From Elsinoe ampelina (Eukaryota): a DNA stretch of 64,000 bases. The position numbers and the translations under genes are program-made. The stretch is from positions 2,173,320 to 2,237,319 of the forward strand of contig ML992501.1 in NCBI GenBank assembly GCA_010093995.1, in the 5' to 3' direction. Numbering within the stretch: the first letter of the stretch is position 1; the number at the start of each line of letters is the position of its first letter. This document shows, one piece after another, positions 1-12,888 of the stretch. The notes under the pieces are model-generated. The model ran no database searches. It was not told where the DNA came from and saw only the letters and a list, made by a program, of their open reading frames with translations.

Positions 1-825
1 TTGGGTGGGCCATGGCTACGCGACTCTTCCAAACATCTTCGAGGATGGGAGCGGATTATATTTTAGCGACCACAGAGCAGTCGTGGCAGATATCTCTTTG
101 CCGGCTAGATCTTGATACCTTGGTGACCAAGAGATTATCATTGAACTAATTGCTTGGGACATAAGCCACACTTGCTGACGGGCGTAATTCTGTACCACCA
201 CCCCTGCTGTCTCGAGCTGTCCCTAGCTGTCCGAAGCACCTCCATGTCGTCGCTCCATCCTGAGCGTAATCTTACTATACCAGTGGACCAATCGGATGAT
301 ACTAGCTTGAAAATCATGCAAGACTTGGCTGTGTCTGAGACCCAATAAAGAGGGATCTGTCCCCAGGTTCCTGAGGTGCTTCTTCAACCACGTCGACCTT
401 TGTTGTCCGCTGACCTTTTCGCATCTCACGTGTCAGATCCTTGCTGGTACAGGGCCTCAGAAGCGAGCAGTCCATGCCGCAGAGTACGAGGGTAACGACT
501 CGCGTTATCGGCGGGATTGGCGCAGGGAAAAGTGGTGTAGGGAGAACAGTTAGCAAGGAAAAAGTGCTGACTCCCTCCTGCCATTAAAGAGCAGAAATAT
601 CGCTTTCCTCGCACATGCCAAAACCACATCCAGGTGACGCAATTATTCACATGTCTTTACGTTTGTAGTAGCTGCAAAAGCAGCTGAGATCCTTGTTTCC
701 TTTTTTTCACATCGCCTCACCTAAGAAATATTCACACTACCTTTCTACAATTCCCCCTTGCGCGCAGCAACCTGAGCATCAGAACCAAGCTCCCTCATAC
801 GATCCACCTACACGCCACCACCGCC

Positions 826-3788
826 ATGAACGATCGCGATGCAGGCAGTCATACGGTACCGGCGAGGTCCGTAGGTGACGTGAATGGAGATGAAGAAGTG
901 CTGGAAGATCCTCCGACTCAGGTCGAGGTCGAAACTACCGCAGGTAATGCCTCTCCTGAACTCCTTGCCGCCCTACAACGCTGCATGTCAAACGCCAGTG
1001 CTGTGTCTCTGGATGCTGCTATCTTGGCCCCGTCACTGTCGATGCTCCAACTGGACAGCGCACCACCGTCACCAAAGCCCAAACTCGATCCTTCCAAACC
1101 TATCCTCAAGGTCAAACCTGGTGACCATCCAACTCTGGAGCTCTCTGGACGTATCATCAGCGCTGTCTTCCGACTCCCGCATTCGATGACCTTCACACAC
1201 GAAGAATCTGATCCTTGGGTGAGTCAACTCAATTCCCACGTGATACATACTGAAAAACCCCAGACACTGCAGCACCGCCCAGGTACAGCTGCCCTTCACG
1301 AATCCTTTGAATTTTTGTCGGGACCACAAGCGGCGTGGAAGCACACTCTAGTTGGCTGGACCGGAGAAATCACTCACCGCCGTGCCCGAAGAGAGATGAC
1401 CGACCACATGCTAGTACTGGAGAAATATCCACCCAAGGACCAGGAATCCACACCTTTTCCCGCCGACGGCGGCGAACGATTCCCAGAAATCCACGAACCT
1501 CTGCTGAAGATCAAACGTGTTGATCGCGCCAAACTCGAACACCGCCTATCACACAGTCGCGGCATCAACATGGTCCCTGTCTGGTTCACCGATGACATCG
1601 ACGAAGCGGGTGACACTTTCATCTTTGGTGATCAAGACAAGTGGCGTGAGTTCATCATCGAGGACGTTTTCCCAGTCTTTCATTACATCCAGCCAGAAGT
1701 AGGCCCGGCAAAGGACCAGATCAAGCGATGGCAGGACTATGTCAAATTCAACAAGAAGTTCGCGGATAGGATTCTCGAGATTTACCGACCAGGGGACACC
1801 GTCATTGTCCATGACTACGACCTAATGCTGGTTCCCGCCATGCTCCGAGCTCGAGCGAAGGATATCAAAATTGCATTCCACATGCACACGACGTTTCCCA
1901 CCTACGAATACTTTCGCTGCTTGTCAAATCGAGACGAACTCATGGAGGGTCTTCTTGGCGCAGACATGATTGCCTTCCAGTGCTCTACATTTGTGGACAA
2001 TTTTGCCGAATGTTGCAAACAGCTTGCAGGTCGTTACCTTGCCTCTTCTTCTCGGGTGGATCTTCCTGATGGCCGGCAAGTCACGATCGATGTTATCCCT
2101 CTTGGTCTCGACAACGACGCAATCCGAAAGTATGCTTTGGAAACGCCTGAGGTCAACCAGAGGTCACGAAGATACGCCCGCCTTCTCCAGAAGCGAGATC
2201 TGAAGATGATCGTGGGCCGTGATCGAGTCGACTTCACAAAGGGAGTCATGCAGAAGCTGCGTGCCTTTTCGAGCTTCATGGCTTCGCATCCTGAGTGGAG
2301 AGAGAAGGTCGTGCTTTACCAGGTCCTCAACTCACCCAGCAGAGACGAGAAGGAATGCGGTGCCGAGTACAGCGAGATCGAGATTGAGCGCGAAGCACAG
2401 AGGATCAATGGAAGTTTCGGCACCCCAGGCTGGGAACCTGTCCGACTTGAGCACAACATGAGCAAGGAGAGCTATTTCACCCTTCTGCGCATTGCCGACC
2501 TTGGCCTAGTCACCAGCGTCCGCGAGGGCTCAAGCACGTTCGCCATCGAGTTTGCTCTCATCAACCGCGACAAGCACAATCCCTTGATCGTGTCTGAGTT
2601 CTCGGGCAGTATCAATTCGCTTCCAGGTGTAATCTGCGTCAACCCTTTCGACTCCCTGCAGGTAGGTCACGCAATCCACCGTGCTTTGACCTTGTCTGCA
2701 GAAGACCGAGCAAACATGTACGACCAGATCAATTCGGCTCTCAGCAGCAATTCCGTCCAAAAGTACTACAAGAAGCTCCTTCGCCGGCTATTCCTCAGCT
2801 TGGAGCTGCAGAATCTCGAGAAGCCACGACCCTTGTTGGATTTGGAAGTAATCAAGCGATACTCGATGGCTGGTAGCAAGCGTCTTTTCATCTTCGACTA
2901 CGACGGTACACTCACGCCAATCGTCATGGACCCAGATGCTGCCCTACCATCGCAAAGATTACTCGGAAGCCTCAAGGAGTTGGCGGACGACCCTAGGAAC
3001 ATCATTTGGGTTATCAGCGGCCGGGATCAAGAATTCCTGAGCCGGCATCTCGGGCACATCGAGCAGCTTGGGTTGAGTGCTGAACATGGATGCTTTGTGA
3101 AGTACCCCAACAAGGACGAATGGATCGCAACCGCAAACAACCAAGATCTTGGCTGGCAAGCGATTGTCCTTGAGGCGTTCCAGAGACTCGAAAACGCTCT
3201 GCCTGGTAGTGTTGTGGAGAAAAAGCGTGTCAGCATCACCTGGCACTATCGCCGCGCTCTCAATCCGCAATCCCCATCCTATGCCAAAGCCCTCAAGAAG
3301 CGACTCCACCGCTCGGTCGGAGTCACCTATGACATTGAGGTCATGTCGGGCAAGGCCAACCTGGAAGTCCGACCCAAGATCATTAACAAAGGTCAAGTGG
3401 TGAGGAGACTTCTGAAGGATTTGGGGGAGGGGCCGGGCAACGAGCCAGACTTCGTGCTTTGCTGTGGCGACGACACGACTGATGAAGGTCTGTTTCTTCT
3501 CCTCCTGTACCTCAACGATGTCCTTGATACTGATCTTGTCCAGACATGTTTCGAGCCCTCCGCCGCTCCGAGCTGCCGATGCCCAAGGTCTTTGGGGTCC
3601 TGGTTGGGGAAGGCAGCAAGCATCCCACCATGGCGAGTTGGCTAGTCAAGGAACCAGCAGACATTGTCGATCTGATTGGCGAGTTGAACTTGGCCAACAA
3701 GACGTCGACGGCATCAATTGATACTCCTCGTGTCGTTGGCGATCCGAGACCTCGAGGGCTTCCGTGGTTTGGCGCCTCGAAAGTCTAG
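826..3788 (+). CDS. TPS2: Trehalose-6-phosphate synthase/phosphatase family protein, TPS2-like (GT20 domain + HAD phosphatase)
   Basis: GT20 motifs (VIVHDYDLMLVP, IVGRDRVDFTKG) and an intact HAD motif FIFDYDGTLTPIV plus ISGRD and GDDTTDE. Predicted introns 1219-1263 (GTGAGT..CAG, in-frame, no stop) and 3488-3543. The second restores ...TDEDMFRAL... with stop at 3786-3788. Confidence 0.85.
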
Positions 3789-5038
3789 GAAGCGGCGTGG
3801 AGATTCAGCGATGCTTGTCGGGGGTACGCTGACGGGGCAGACTGGAAAAGTCAAGGGTGATAGGCCAGGATTGCACGCTTTGACTGCGATTCAGCATGTT
3901 GAAGGAGTCAAGGATGGTCACGAAATGTCGTCTTCACAATAGACTCAGCAGGGCAGCATGGCGTTCGGGAATGCAGATCAGCGTCTGCGGTGTAATCTAC
4001 GGAACCTGAATGGAAGCTTCTTTGGCGATCTAGGTTGTGGTTGGGTTGTGCTGGTGAAACGCGATTGCAATTTGTCGGGAGGGTTGGCGACTCGTGGGTG
4101 CCGTCGGTATGGTCAGATGAAGGAAAACGGACATGCATGACATGTTGACATGACTTGATCTTTGCCATGGAAAGAGTGCAATTGCTTTTCACAGAGAAGT
4201 CTGGAGATGTTTTTCCGGCCAGCATAAGGTGCAAGACAGGAGAGGAAGCCATGTTTCGCCCGTGCATTAAGCGTCAAGCGTCAAGCGTAAAGCAGGCACA
4301 TTTTATCCAGCCATGCTACAGCATACAAACATCATCACATCGTGGTACAATCGTCACATGAAACACGCTCCTGCACAGCCCAACGTCTCTGCGTCCTGCC
4401 AAACACAAATGCCGTGCTCTCATCGCCATGCAATAATGCTCCGGCAAAAAGCAATCGCCCATGGCGTGCCGAAAAAAAAGGGGGCAACGCACGGTCCTCA
4501 CGTCTCCACAGCGCCAATTGATTCACCCACACGCGAACCTTCAACCGACCGAAGCGTGCCCTGATCCATTTTCTTTTCGCTGAGCGCTCTCGTGGCTCGC
4601 CCGGCGGGATCCACGGATTCCACGCCATGTCCATTCCGGCTCCCAGCGCCGGGTGTGGCTCGCTCTACTGTAGAAGGGGCCCACAGGCGAGGCGAACAGA
4701 GAGTGTCTGGGTCGGGGCCTGTCTCTGCGGTAGGAAGGTCGCTATCTTTTGCTTCTCGAGTGTGCTTTGTTCCTTTCTCCTCGTCTGTTCATCCTGCGCA
4801 TACAGCACACCAACTGACCGTCTCTCATTTTCATCCTCGTGTGTCCGCGTCAATCCGCCCGTCACACACCCAAGCCTTGCACTCGAAGCAAGCAGTCGCT
4901 CATTTTCCTCGCCCAATCTCTCCAATCCAGCTTCCCACGCCCCTCCACCTCCCTCTCAAACTCCCGCTCAACAAACCGCCCCCCCCCCCCCCCAAACCCC
5001 CTCTCAAACCGTCCCCCCCCCCCCCCGTCTCTCACAAA

Positions 5039-5359
5039 ATGGGCCTCATCACCACCCCCCGCTCCAAATACGAACTCTACCGCCTCGAGCAACGCTACAC
5101 CCGCCGCGACAAACGCACCACCTTCGCGTCCGGCGCCGTCTACGTCGACGGCGAGTACATCTACGCCAACGGCGCGCCCGCGGCCAACCCGGGCGAGGGC
5201 GCGGGCGAAGAAGGACCCTGGTCGCCGAGGGGCAACGGCAGTGGGTCCGCGAGCCCCGCGGGGAGTAGTGGGCCGAGTAGTCCCATGTCTCAGGCGCCGT
5301 CGGAGGGGGGGAAGGGGCCGTGGGGGAGGGTGCCGGAGTTTCCTAGCGGGTCGCGATAG
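5039..5359 (+). CDS. Small (106 aa) fungal hypothetical protein, YELYRLEQRYTRRDKRTTF...YVDGEY motif
   Basis: ATG at 5039 in an AAAATG context after a C-rich leader, with strongly biased codon use. The N-terminal motif resembles a small conserved Pezizomycotina protein (from memory, not searched). Confidence 0.65.
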   Translation: MGLITTPRSKYELYRLEQRYTRRDKRTTFASGAVYVDGEYIYANGAPAANPGEGAGEEGPWSPRGNGSGSASPAGSSGPSSPMSQAPSEGGKGPWGRVPEFPSGSR

Positions 5360-5945
5360 ATGGGACGTGTAGTGGAGGGGAGGGGGAAGGGGAGACGCGG
5401 AGTGGAAAGGTGGGAAGGAGAGCACGTCCTGGGGAAGGGATGGCGGAGGAGAGAGGACGCCGCGGCCGGGAAGGCGGCGGTGAGAAGGAGGAGAGAGGGT
5501 GCAGAGGGTTCGAGGATGAAGACGTACATGACATGAGCACACGGGGCGATACCACCATTCTTTGTTGTTTCTTACTTCTAGTGTTCGAGCAGGCGCTGCA
5601 CAGGAGCCTGATATTCTGGTTCCTTGAGCGGATGTAGCTTCTCGTCGTTCGTTGTCTCGCTTGGGTCGGGCATGGATATCGACTTGACAAGGGGATATTC
5701 ATTTGTATATAGGTTCTATACCTTTTTTTGATATGTTGATGGCTTTCTTATCACTTCTGACCTGTCCACCTTGCATGGTCATGCAATATGTGAGGAAGAC
5801 ACCAAGGTACAAAAGACTGACATAATGGTGTACGATCTCGGTAGACACAAAATGATGCAAGAGCTTCGTTGCTGTCTAAATTACATGCTAAAGCGCCAGA
5901 AGCCTTTGAGCTTCAAGCACTCATGCTACCACACCCCACGGCCAT

Positions 5946-6907
5946 CTACTCCAAGTCTGCAGTAACGTTACTGAACTCTCCCTTCTTGAGCTTCGTCTCC
6001 CAGAAGATCGGATTCGTGTCCATGAACCCATGCTTGACCCACCCTTCCTCCTTGACGTGGTACAAGTTGATGAACCCTCCCGAGAAAGCATCTCTGTGCG
6101 TGGCAGCCAGAATACTCCTCTTGCCCAACTCCAACGCAGCCTCATCCGACAGGTTGTAGTCGTACTCCGCATCCAGCACACCGTACGCAAATGTCTGTCC
6201 TGAACCAACACAGAACAAGTTACCCGCCAGTCGTGTTCCGTCGCTGTCGATATAGTAGAGCGCTGGTCCCTCAGTAGGCGTGACACCGGCACACATCGTA
6301 CCCTACGTATGTCAGCCATAATCCCTCCCATCCACGAAATCAATGCAAGACTCACCATACTCAACCCCATCCCCTTGTACCCATACACCAGATTCGCCAA
6401 AATCTTACTCGCCGCCGCCACGCTGATCCTCCGCTTATGCCTCAACTCGTGCAGTCTGCACTGCATCCCCAGGTACGCAAGCCAGTATTGACAATCTGCC
6501 GCGCCACCCGCCATCGTCCCCAGCAAACAACTGTTGATCTCAATCACCTTCTTCACCGTCTGTGAGGCGATCCAATTGCCTGCCGTTGCTCGCGAGTCGG
6601 TTGCGACGATGATGCCACCTTTGAAACGGAAGGCGAGCGTTGTGGTGCCGTGGGCGATTTTGATAGGACACGAGGGGTTGGAGGCGTCATCGGTCATGGC
6701 GCGGAGCCAGGCGTTGGCCTTGAGAGAGGAGTCAGTGGAGAGCAGGGGGGGAGGCAAGGGCAGTATCACTTGTGGAATGGGTGGAAGGGCGAATTTGAGG
6801 CCGAGAGGTGGGAGCGAGTTGGCGAGCTGTTGCTCTTCGTCGTCGTCGGCCGCGAAGCCTTCGTTGGCGTACGCCGGGCGCGAGTATTGTGATACTAGCG
6901 CGTCCAT
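5946..6907 (-). CDS. PRE2: 20S proteasome beta-5 (chymotrypsin-like) subunit
   Basis: Propeptide followed by [25 protein letters not shown] and [12 protein letters not shown]. Introns 6719-6769 (in-frame) and 6303-6355. Confidence 0.97.
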
Positions 6908-7267
6908 GATTGTGAGTGGGTGCGAGTCTGGATGAGTGAGGGAGAAAGGCGATAAGAGGGAAGGTGATGAGGGAAGCGGGCGGTGTTGAGATGAGATGAA
7001 CGGGAAAGTTGATGATGTTCACTTCTTGAAGCTCCAGGCAGTCGGAGCTCACGACAGCTTTCAGAGCCGCATTTCTTGGCGTTCGCGCGCTCTCTTCCCG
7101 TTCTACGATCAGGTACGGACATGGAGTGAGTATGACTGAGTATTATGCAAGATCATGATGATATACATACAAAAGGCGAGCATTGGATTCATATGCTACA
7201 TCGTTCATACTGCTTTAACCACCCACTGTGGTATTGGAGATCGGATTTGCTTGTAGCATAACTATAC

Positions 7268-7897
7268 CTAGACCCCTTCCACGATGGGACCTGTCACCGT
7301 CTCCTTGTTACACACAATCCCGTCGTCGCCGTTCCGGAGCATATCGCGAATCCAAGATATCCCATCGTCCCACCAGCCCTGCCTGTCCACCCTGAAGCCC
7401 TCGCTTTCCAGCGATGTCCGATCCAGCGTACCGACCGTGAGATCCAAGATAGGTCCATATGGAGATGTCTCGTTGCCATCAAAAGAGTATGTCAGAGTAC
7501 TACCACAAGTCCCACAGAAAGTCCGATGCACATCGTCTGACGATTTGTAAGACCTGACAGTTGTGTTGCCGAGCACCTCCTTCGAAGGCATGATCACATC
7601 CTTGGTAGTATATTCCTCCATCTGGTTCGAACCCTTGAGACGGAAGATCACCCATGGCTGAGGCAAGATCATCCAGCTTTGCACCAGGCCCCCGCAGCTC
7701 AGACGGCAGCTCTCGCAATGATCGATGGTGACGAATGGCATCCTCGTTGGACCATCCAACTTCTTTCCATGGTGGTATGTGACCGCTTTGGCGGAAATCG
7801 GGCGTTCCTCCAGTGCTGGGATCTTCACTGTGTATCGGACTGCCTTGCACATGCAGCCTCCCTCAAGAGTGACTGGTGATGTTGGCAGGAAAGCCAT
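7268..7897 (-). CDS. GFA/CENP-V (Mss4-like) zinc-binding domain protein
   Basis: LEGGCMCKAVRY, DHCESCR and RTFCGTCGSTL motifs. Single exon from ATG at 7897. Confidence 0.85.
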   Translation of the reverse strand: MAFLPTSPVTLEGGCMCKAVRYTVKIPALEERPISAKAVTYHHGKKLDGPTRMPFVTIDHCESCRLSCGGLVQSWMILPQPWVIFRLKGSNQMEEYTTKDVIMPSKEVLGNTTVRSYKSSDDVHRTFCGTCGSTLTYSFDGNETSPYGPILDLTVGTLDRTSLESEGFRVDRQGWWDDGISWIRDMLRNGDDGIVCNKETVTGPIVEGV

Positions 7898-8332
7898 GGT
7901 CGCAATCGGATGATTTTTGGAGAAAAGCAAGAGGACCTGGACCAAAACCTACTGTTGTCGATCTCACGAGTACTACCAGATCAAAACATGAATGAGGGGC
8001 AGAGGACCAGCCTGCTGCCTGAAGTGTGGCTTGAAGCTATGATCAGAGTCGACGTGCGAAGGGCATCTTATTCGCAGGATCAGTGCATGTCACAGTTCGG
8101 TCTGCTGGTCAAGCACAGAGCCGGCAGAGCTGCGACAGATGGGTGTGTGCTAATGAAATTGTGGACTCCATGATGCCGTCCGAAAAGTGATCATGACTTC
8201 CTCCTCGGGACTCTCGGTCCGTGCGGCCGAAATAGCTCCTGCCCTGCCCCGCAATTGCACCTCAATATGATTTGCATCCACGACACGCGACTAAACGCGT
8301 CGGGGCCATTGCGACTCTTTGGCAGATCAACC

Positions 8333-9459
8333 ATGCCAGCCACTCCGGCTGATGAGGACATTGAGAGCGCGCTTAGACAAGCCGTGGACGCAATTGTCAG
8401 TCGCGGGGAAGAATTGACTGTCAACAAGGCGCGCACTGAAGCGGAAGAGGAGCTTGGTCTGGAAGCTGGATACTTCAAGGCGCACGACCACTGGAAAGAT
8501 CGCAGTAAGACGATCATACAAAAAGCTGTAGGTGGTATCTGGCACATGGACTAAACATCCACTGATCGTTCCAGCACCAAGAGTCCGAGTCACCTCCACC
8601 CAAGGAGCCCGCAAAGAAAACGACCAACGCAAAGGCCACCGCAAAACCGAAAGCGGAGCCAAAGCCGACCAAGAAGCGTGCTACAGCTGCCACAGACAAG
8701 CCCAGGAAGCGCCAGAAGAAGAGTAAAGTCGAGTCCGAGGAAGAATTGTCCGACGCAGCGAGTCCCTCGGACGAGAGTGAGGAGGAGGATTCTCCGCAGC
8801 CAGTCCCGAAGAAAAAAGCCGACAAACCTGTCATCAAGGACCGCGATGATTCCTCTGTGCTTTCCGATGCTCAAGATCCTACCACGCCGTCTGAGGACGA
8901 GCAGACAGCTAAGCCAAGCGCTACATCCGGACTGAATGGCGCGGCTGACTCGGAAAGCGAGCTCTCAGATGTCATTGACGAGCCCGCGCCCAAGAAGAAG
9001 CGCGCATCTAGCGCTCCGAAGAAGGATGCAAAGACGAAGCAGGCGCCAAAATCAAAGTCTGGTGGTGCCTCAAAGGCGCAAGAAGTATCTCCGGACGAAG
9101 CTGAGATCAAGAGGTTGCAGGGATGGCTGGTCAAGTGTGGCATTCGCAAGTTGTGGGGCAAAGAGTTGAAGCCTTTCGAGACCAACAAGGCAAAGATCAA
9201 GCATCTCAAATCTATGCTCGAGGACGCTGGCATGTCTGGCAGATATTCCAACGAGAAGGCGAGCTCGATCAAGGAAGCGAGAGAGCTCGCCGCGGACCTA
9301 GAGGCCGTCCAGGAGGGTAATAAACACTGGGGCCAGGACAAGGATGGAGCTTCTGCCTCGGACTCGGACGAAGAGGACGCAGCAACACCGCCGCCACCTC
9401 GTCGCAGTGTAACCAGCCGTTTTGTTGACTTTGGAGATGAGGACGAGGATGATGATTGA
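8333..9459 (+). CDS. HIRIP3-like acidic/basic nuclear protein (putative histone chaperone/transcriptional regulator)
   Basis: N-terminal helical block (ELTVNKARTEAEEELGLEAGYFK) and low-complexity K/E/S linker. C-terminal EIKRLQGWLVKCGIRKLW...GMSGRYSNEKA...KEARELAADLE. Intron 8528-8574 joins the frames. Confidence 0.7.
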
Positions 9460-10139
9460 GATTCCCCGTCACCCGGCCATTGTCCTCTGATTGGTCATGC
9501 GCTGAGCGACCAAGCTGAATACCGCCACTGATGACATGAATACCACGAGGTTGTAGAACTAGCGACATTAGCGATAGCATTGTATATTATGGTGTTTCAG
9601 ACACACTGCATTCCGAGAGTATACACTTTCCTCTGCCTCAGTCCGTGCCTCTACGAAGAGGCGGCGAAGGTTGGGAAGGTTGGACGGCTGCACGTGATCT
9701 CAGTCTCTAAATTCTCATGTGACTAGGGCCATCATACCATGATGCTGAGTCTTTCTGCAGTCGTGGATTTGCTCTCGATTGAGTGTCAAGAGATTGGTAT
9801 ATGAATCAATCAGTAGGTAAGTGACAATGCCCTGCAGTGGCATCAAGGTAGACTTCTTGGCACTCCGACATCCACAATTTTGGGGCAACCAGCTGGCAAG
9901 CTGACTATCACGACTTGCACGAATCACGACAGGATCAGTATATAGACGCTGCATCGGATTTCTCAGGACAGCCTTGCCCATCTCAACTTGAAAATAACCG
10001 AGAACAACGCCAGCGCGACCGGCGTCGAGACACTTGCGACTCCTCCCTCACACACCACTAGACACCAGCGATCATAGAGCCACCTCCGTATGGTCCGGCA
10101 ATAGCACCTATCAGAGCCTCAGGGCACGAGTGATAAATC

Positions 10140-12583
10140 ATGGCAGTCAACCGACTGCGAAGCGCCCTCGCGGTGCCTCGGAAGGGGGAGACATACGAGT
10201 TGCGAGCTGGTTTGGTCTCCCAATATGCCTGGGAAAGGAAGGAAGCTATCCAGAAGACGATCATGTCCATGACTCTTGGGAAGGATGTATCAGCCCTATT
10301 TCCAGATGTACTCAAGAACATTGCGACTGGCGACCTGGATCAAAAGAAGCTGGTCTACCTCTACTTGATGAATTACGCCAAAAGCCACCCGGATCTTTGC
10401 ATTCTAGCGGTCAACACATTCGTACAAGACTCGGAAGATCCCAATCCTCTGGTCAGGGCACTCGCTGTCAGAACCATGGGCTGCATCAGGGTGGATAAGA
10501 TGGTGGACTACATGGAAGAGCCCTTACGGAAAACACTCAAGGACGAAAGTCCGTATGTGAGAAAGACAGCAGCACTCTGCGTCGCGAAGCTCTTCGACCT
10601 CAACCCGACCATGTGTATAGAGAATGGCTTCCTCGAGACACTGCAAGAGATGATAGGAGACTCGAATCCAATGGTGGTGGCCAACTCGGTACAAGCTCTA
10701 TCTGAGATTGGCGAGTCTGCGCCAGAGACAAACGCTCTGATCGTGACCTCCCAAACTCTCAAGAAGATGCTGCTAGCTCTTAATGAGTGCACAGAGTGGG
10801 GAAGGATAACACTATTGACAACACTGGCGGACTACAAGGCCGTAGATTTGAAGGAGTCTGAACACATTTGCGAACGAGTGTCACCGCAGTTTCAGCACGT
10901 CAACCCGAGTGTAGTGCTTGCGGCGGTCAAGACTGTCTTCTTACACATGGAGTATCTGGGTCCTGATCTCAAGAAGACTTACCTTAAGAAGATGGCACCT
11001 CCACTTGGTAAGTCATACAATCGACCTTGGATCTGCGTCCTGGCTGACTTTTCCAGTCACACTAGTATCGTCACAACCAGAAGTCCAATACGTTGCGCTC
11101 CGGAACATCGACCTCCTCTTACAGCGGCAACCAGATATCTTGTCGAAAGAGATGCGCGTATTCTTCTGCAAATACAACGACCCGCCATATCTGAAGCTCG
11201 AGAAGCTCGAGATCATGGTCCGATTAGCCAACGATGCCAACGTAGACCAGCTTCTTGCAGAACTCAAGGAGTACGCCATGGAAGTTGACATGGACTTTGT
11301 CAAGCGAGCCATCCGAGCTATCGGCCAAGTGGCGATCAAGATCGAAGCTTCGGCAGAGAAGGCCGTGAATGTGCTGCTTGAGCTGATCAACACAAAGGTC
11401 GCATACGTCGTGCAAGAAGTCGTTGTTGTGATCAAGGATGTCTTCCGTCGGTATTCTGGCTATGAAGGCATAATACCGACGCTTTGTCAGTGCATCGACG
11501 ACCTTGACGACCCGAATGCACGAGGTTCCCTGATCTGGATTGTCGGTGAGTATGCAGAGAAGATCAGTAATGCTGGCGACATTCTCTCCGGTTTCGTGGA
11601 CGGCTTCACAGAAGAGTTCACACAGGTCAGTCCTCCTGCCCGCCTGCATGTGCCCAGAACTGACAATCACAGACACAACTTCAAATCCTCACAGCTGTAG
11701 TCAAACTCTTCCTCAAAAAGCCCGAACAAGCACAAGGTCTCGTCCAAAAAGTCCTCCAGACCGCCACAGCCGAATGCGACAACCCGGACATCCGCGACCG
11801 CGCCTACGTCTACTGGCGCCTCCTTTCCTCGGACCCCAACATCGCAAAGGTACATTCCCCTTCCCCCACCCCCTCTGCAACCCACACTAACCCTCCAAGA
11901 ACGTCGTCCTCGCCCAACGCCCCCCCCTCCAATCCACCATCTCCTCCCTCCCTCCTCCCCTCCTCGACTCCCTCATCCCCCTCCTCTCCACCCTCTCCTC
12001 AGTCTACCACAAACCGCCCTCCTCCTTCCTCGGCTCCGGCCGCTCCTCCGCCCTCCAAGCCGCCGCCATCGAAGAAGCCGCGCAAAACGCCCGCGAAAAC
12101 CCCATCGCCGCCGCCGCAGCCGCCGCCGCCGTGTCCGGCTCGTCAGCACCGGCTGGGGCGTCCGCGGCGCAGAACAACGCCGAGAACCTGCTGGATATCG
12201 ATTTCGATGGTGCGCAGCCGGCGAGTCTCCAGGCCGCGCCGAATAGAGGCCAGACCGGGCTCGAGGGGTTGGCGGGCACGCCGCTGAGGGGCGCGAGTCC
12301 GGTGCCGCCTGCGCCGGGCGGGTTCGGGTCGAGCGCCGCGGGAGGGGGAATGGGCGGGGGCATGGATGATCTCATGGGCGTGTTTGGGAATGGCGGGTTT
12401 GGTGGGGCGAACGGTGGGTCTGCGCCGCCGAAGAGCGCGGGTGGGAATGATCTGCTTGATGGGTTTGCGGCGATGGATGTGGGAGCGGGGAATCAGCCTG
12501 CGCCGCCGCAGCAGCAGTTGGGGCAGCAGCAGCAGCAACAGCAGGGGCAGACGCCGTTTGGGGATGATGATTTGCTGGGATAG
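10140..12583 (+). CDS. APL2: AP-1 adaptor complex beta subunit (beta-adaptin)
   Basis: [63 protein letters not shown] and a clathrin-box-like LLDID. Introns 11008-11056, 11626-11672 and 11850-11899. Confidence 0.93.
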
Positions 12584-12888
12584 TGGGGACGGAGAGGATG
12601 AAAATAGAACGTGGAATTTATACATGATGAATATGCTTTTTTGCGGTGCTTGTGGTCCTCGTGATGGAAACCGCTCCGTGCATGACCTATTAATCCTGCT
12701 ATTATGTAAGATACTACAGCTGTCCCGACAGCTTTGTGAGAGCAATAAAGAGATAAAGTGAGCGTCACCGCAGCAGACCTGTGTGCCTCCAGGGATATCC
12801 TAGCGGGCTCACGCGGCCGCCGCGTGCGCCGTAACGCTCACAGAGAAGAGACGTCCGAGACAGAGGACGATTCGCTCGGGACATCAGG

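Noticed and set aside
1..650. Short ORFs at the window start
   Set aside because: No recognisable protein features. A minus-strand ATG at 11-13 might start a gene outside the window but cannot be supported.
4269..4293. Short tandem AAGCGTC repeat
   Set aside because: About three units only. An ordinary slippage repeat, not an array.
11885..11895. CTAACCCT resembling a telomere repeat or telomerase template
   Set aside because: It is the branch site of AP-1 beta intron 3.
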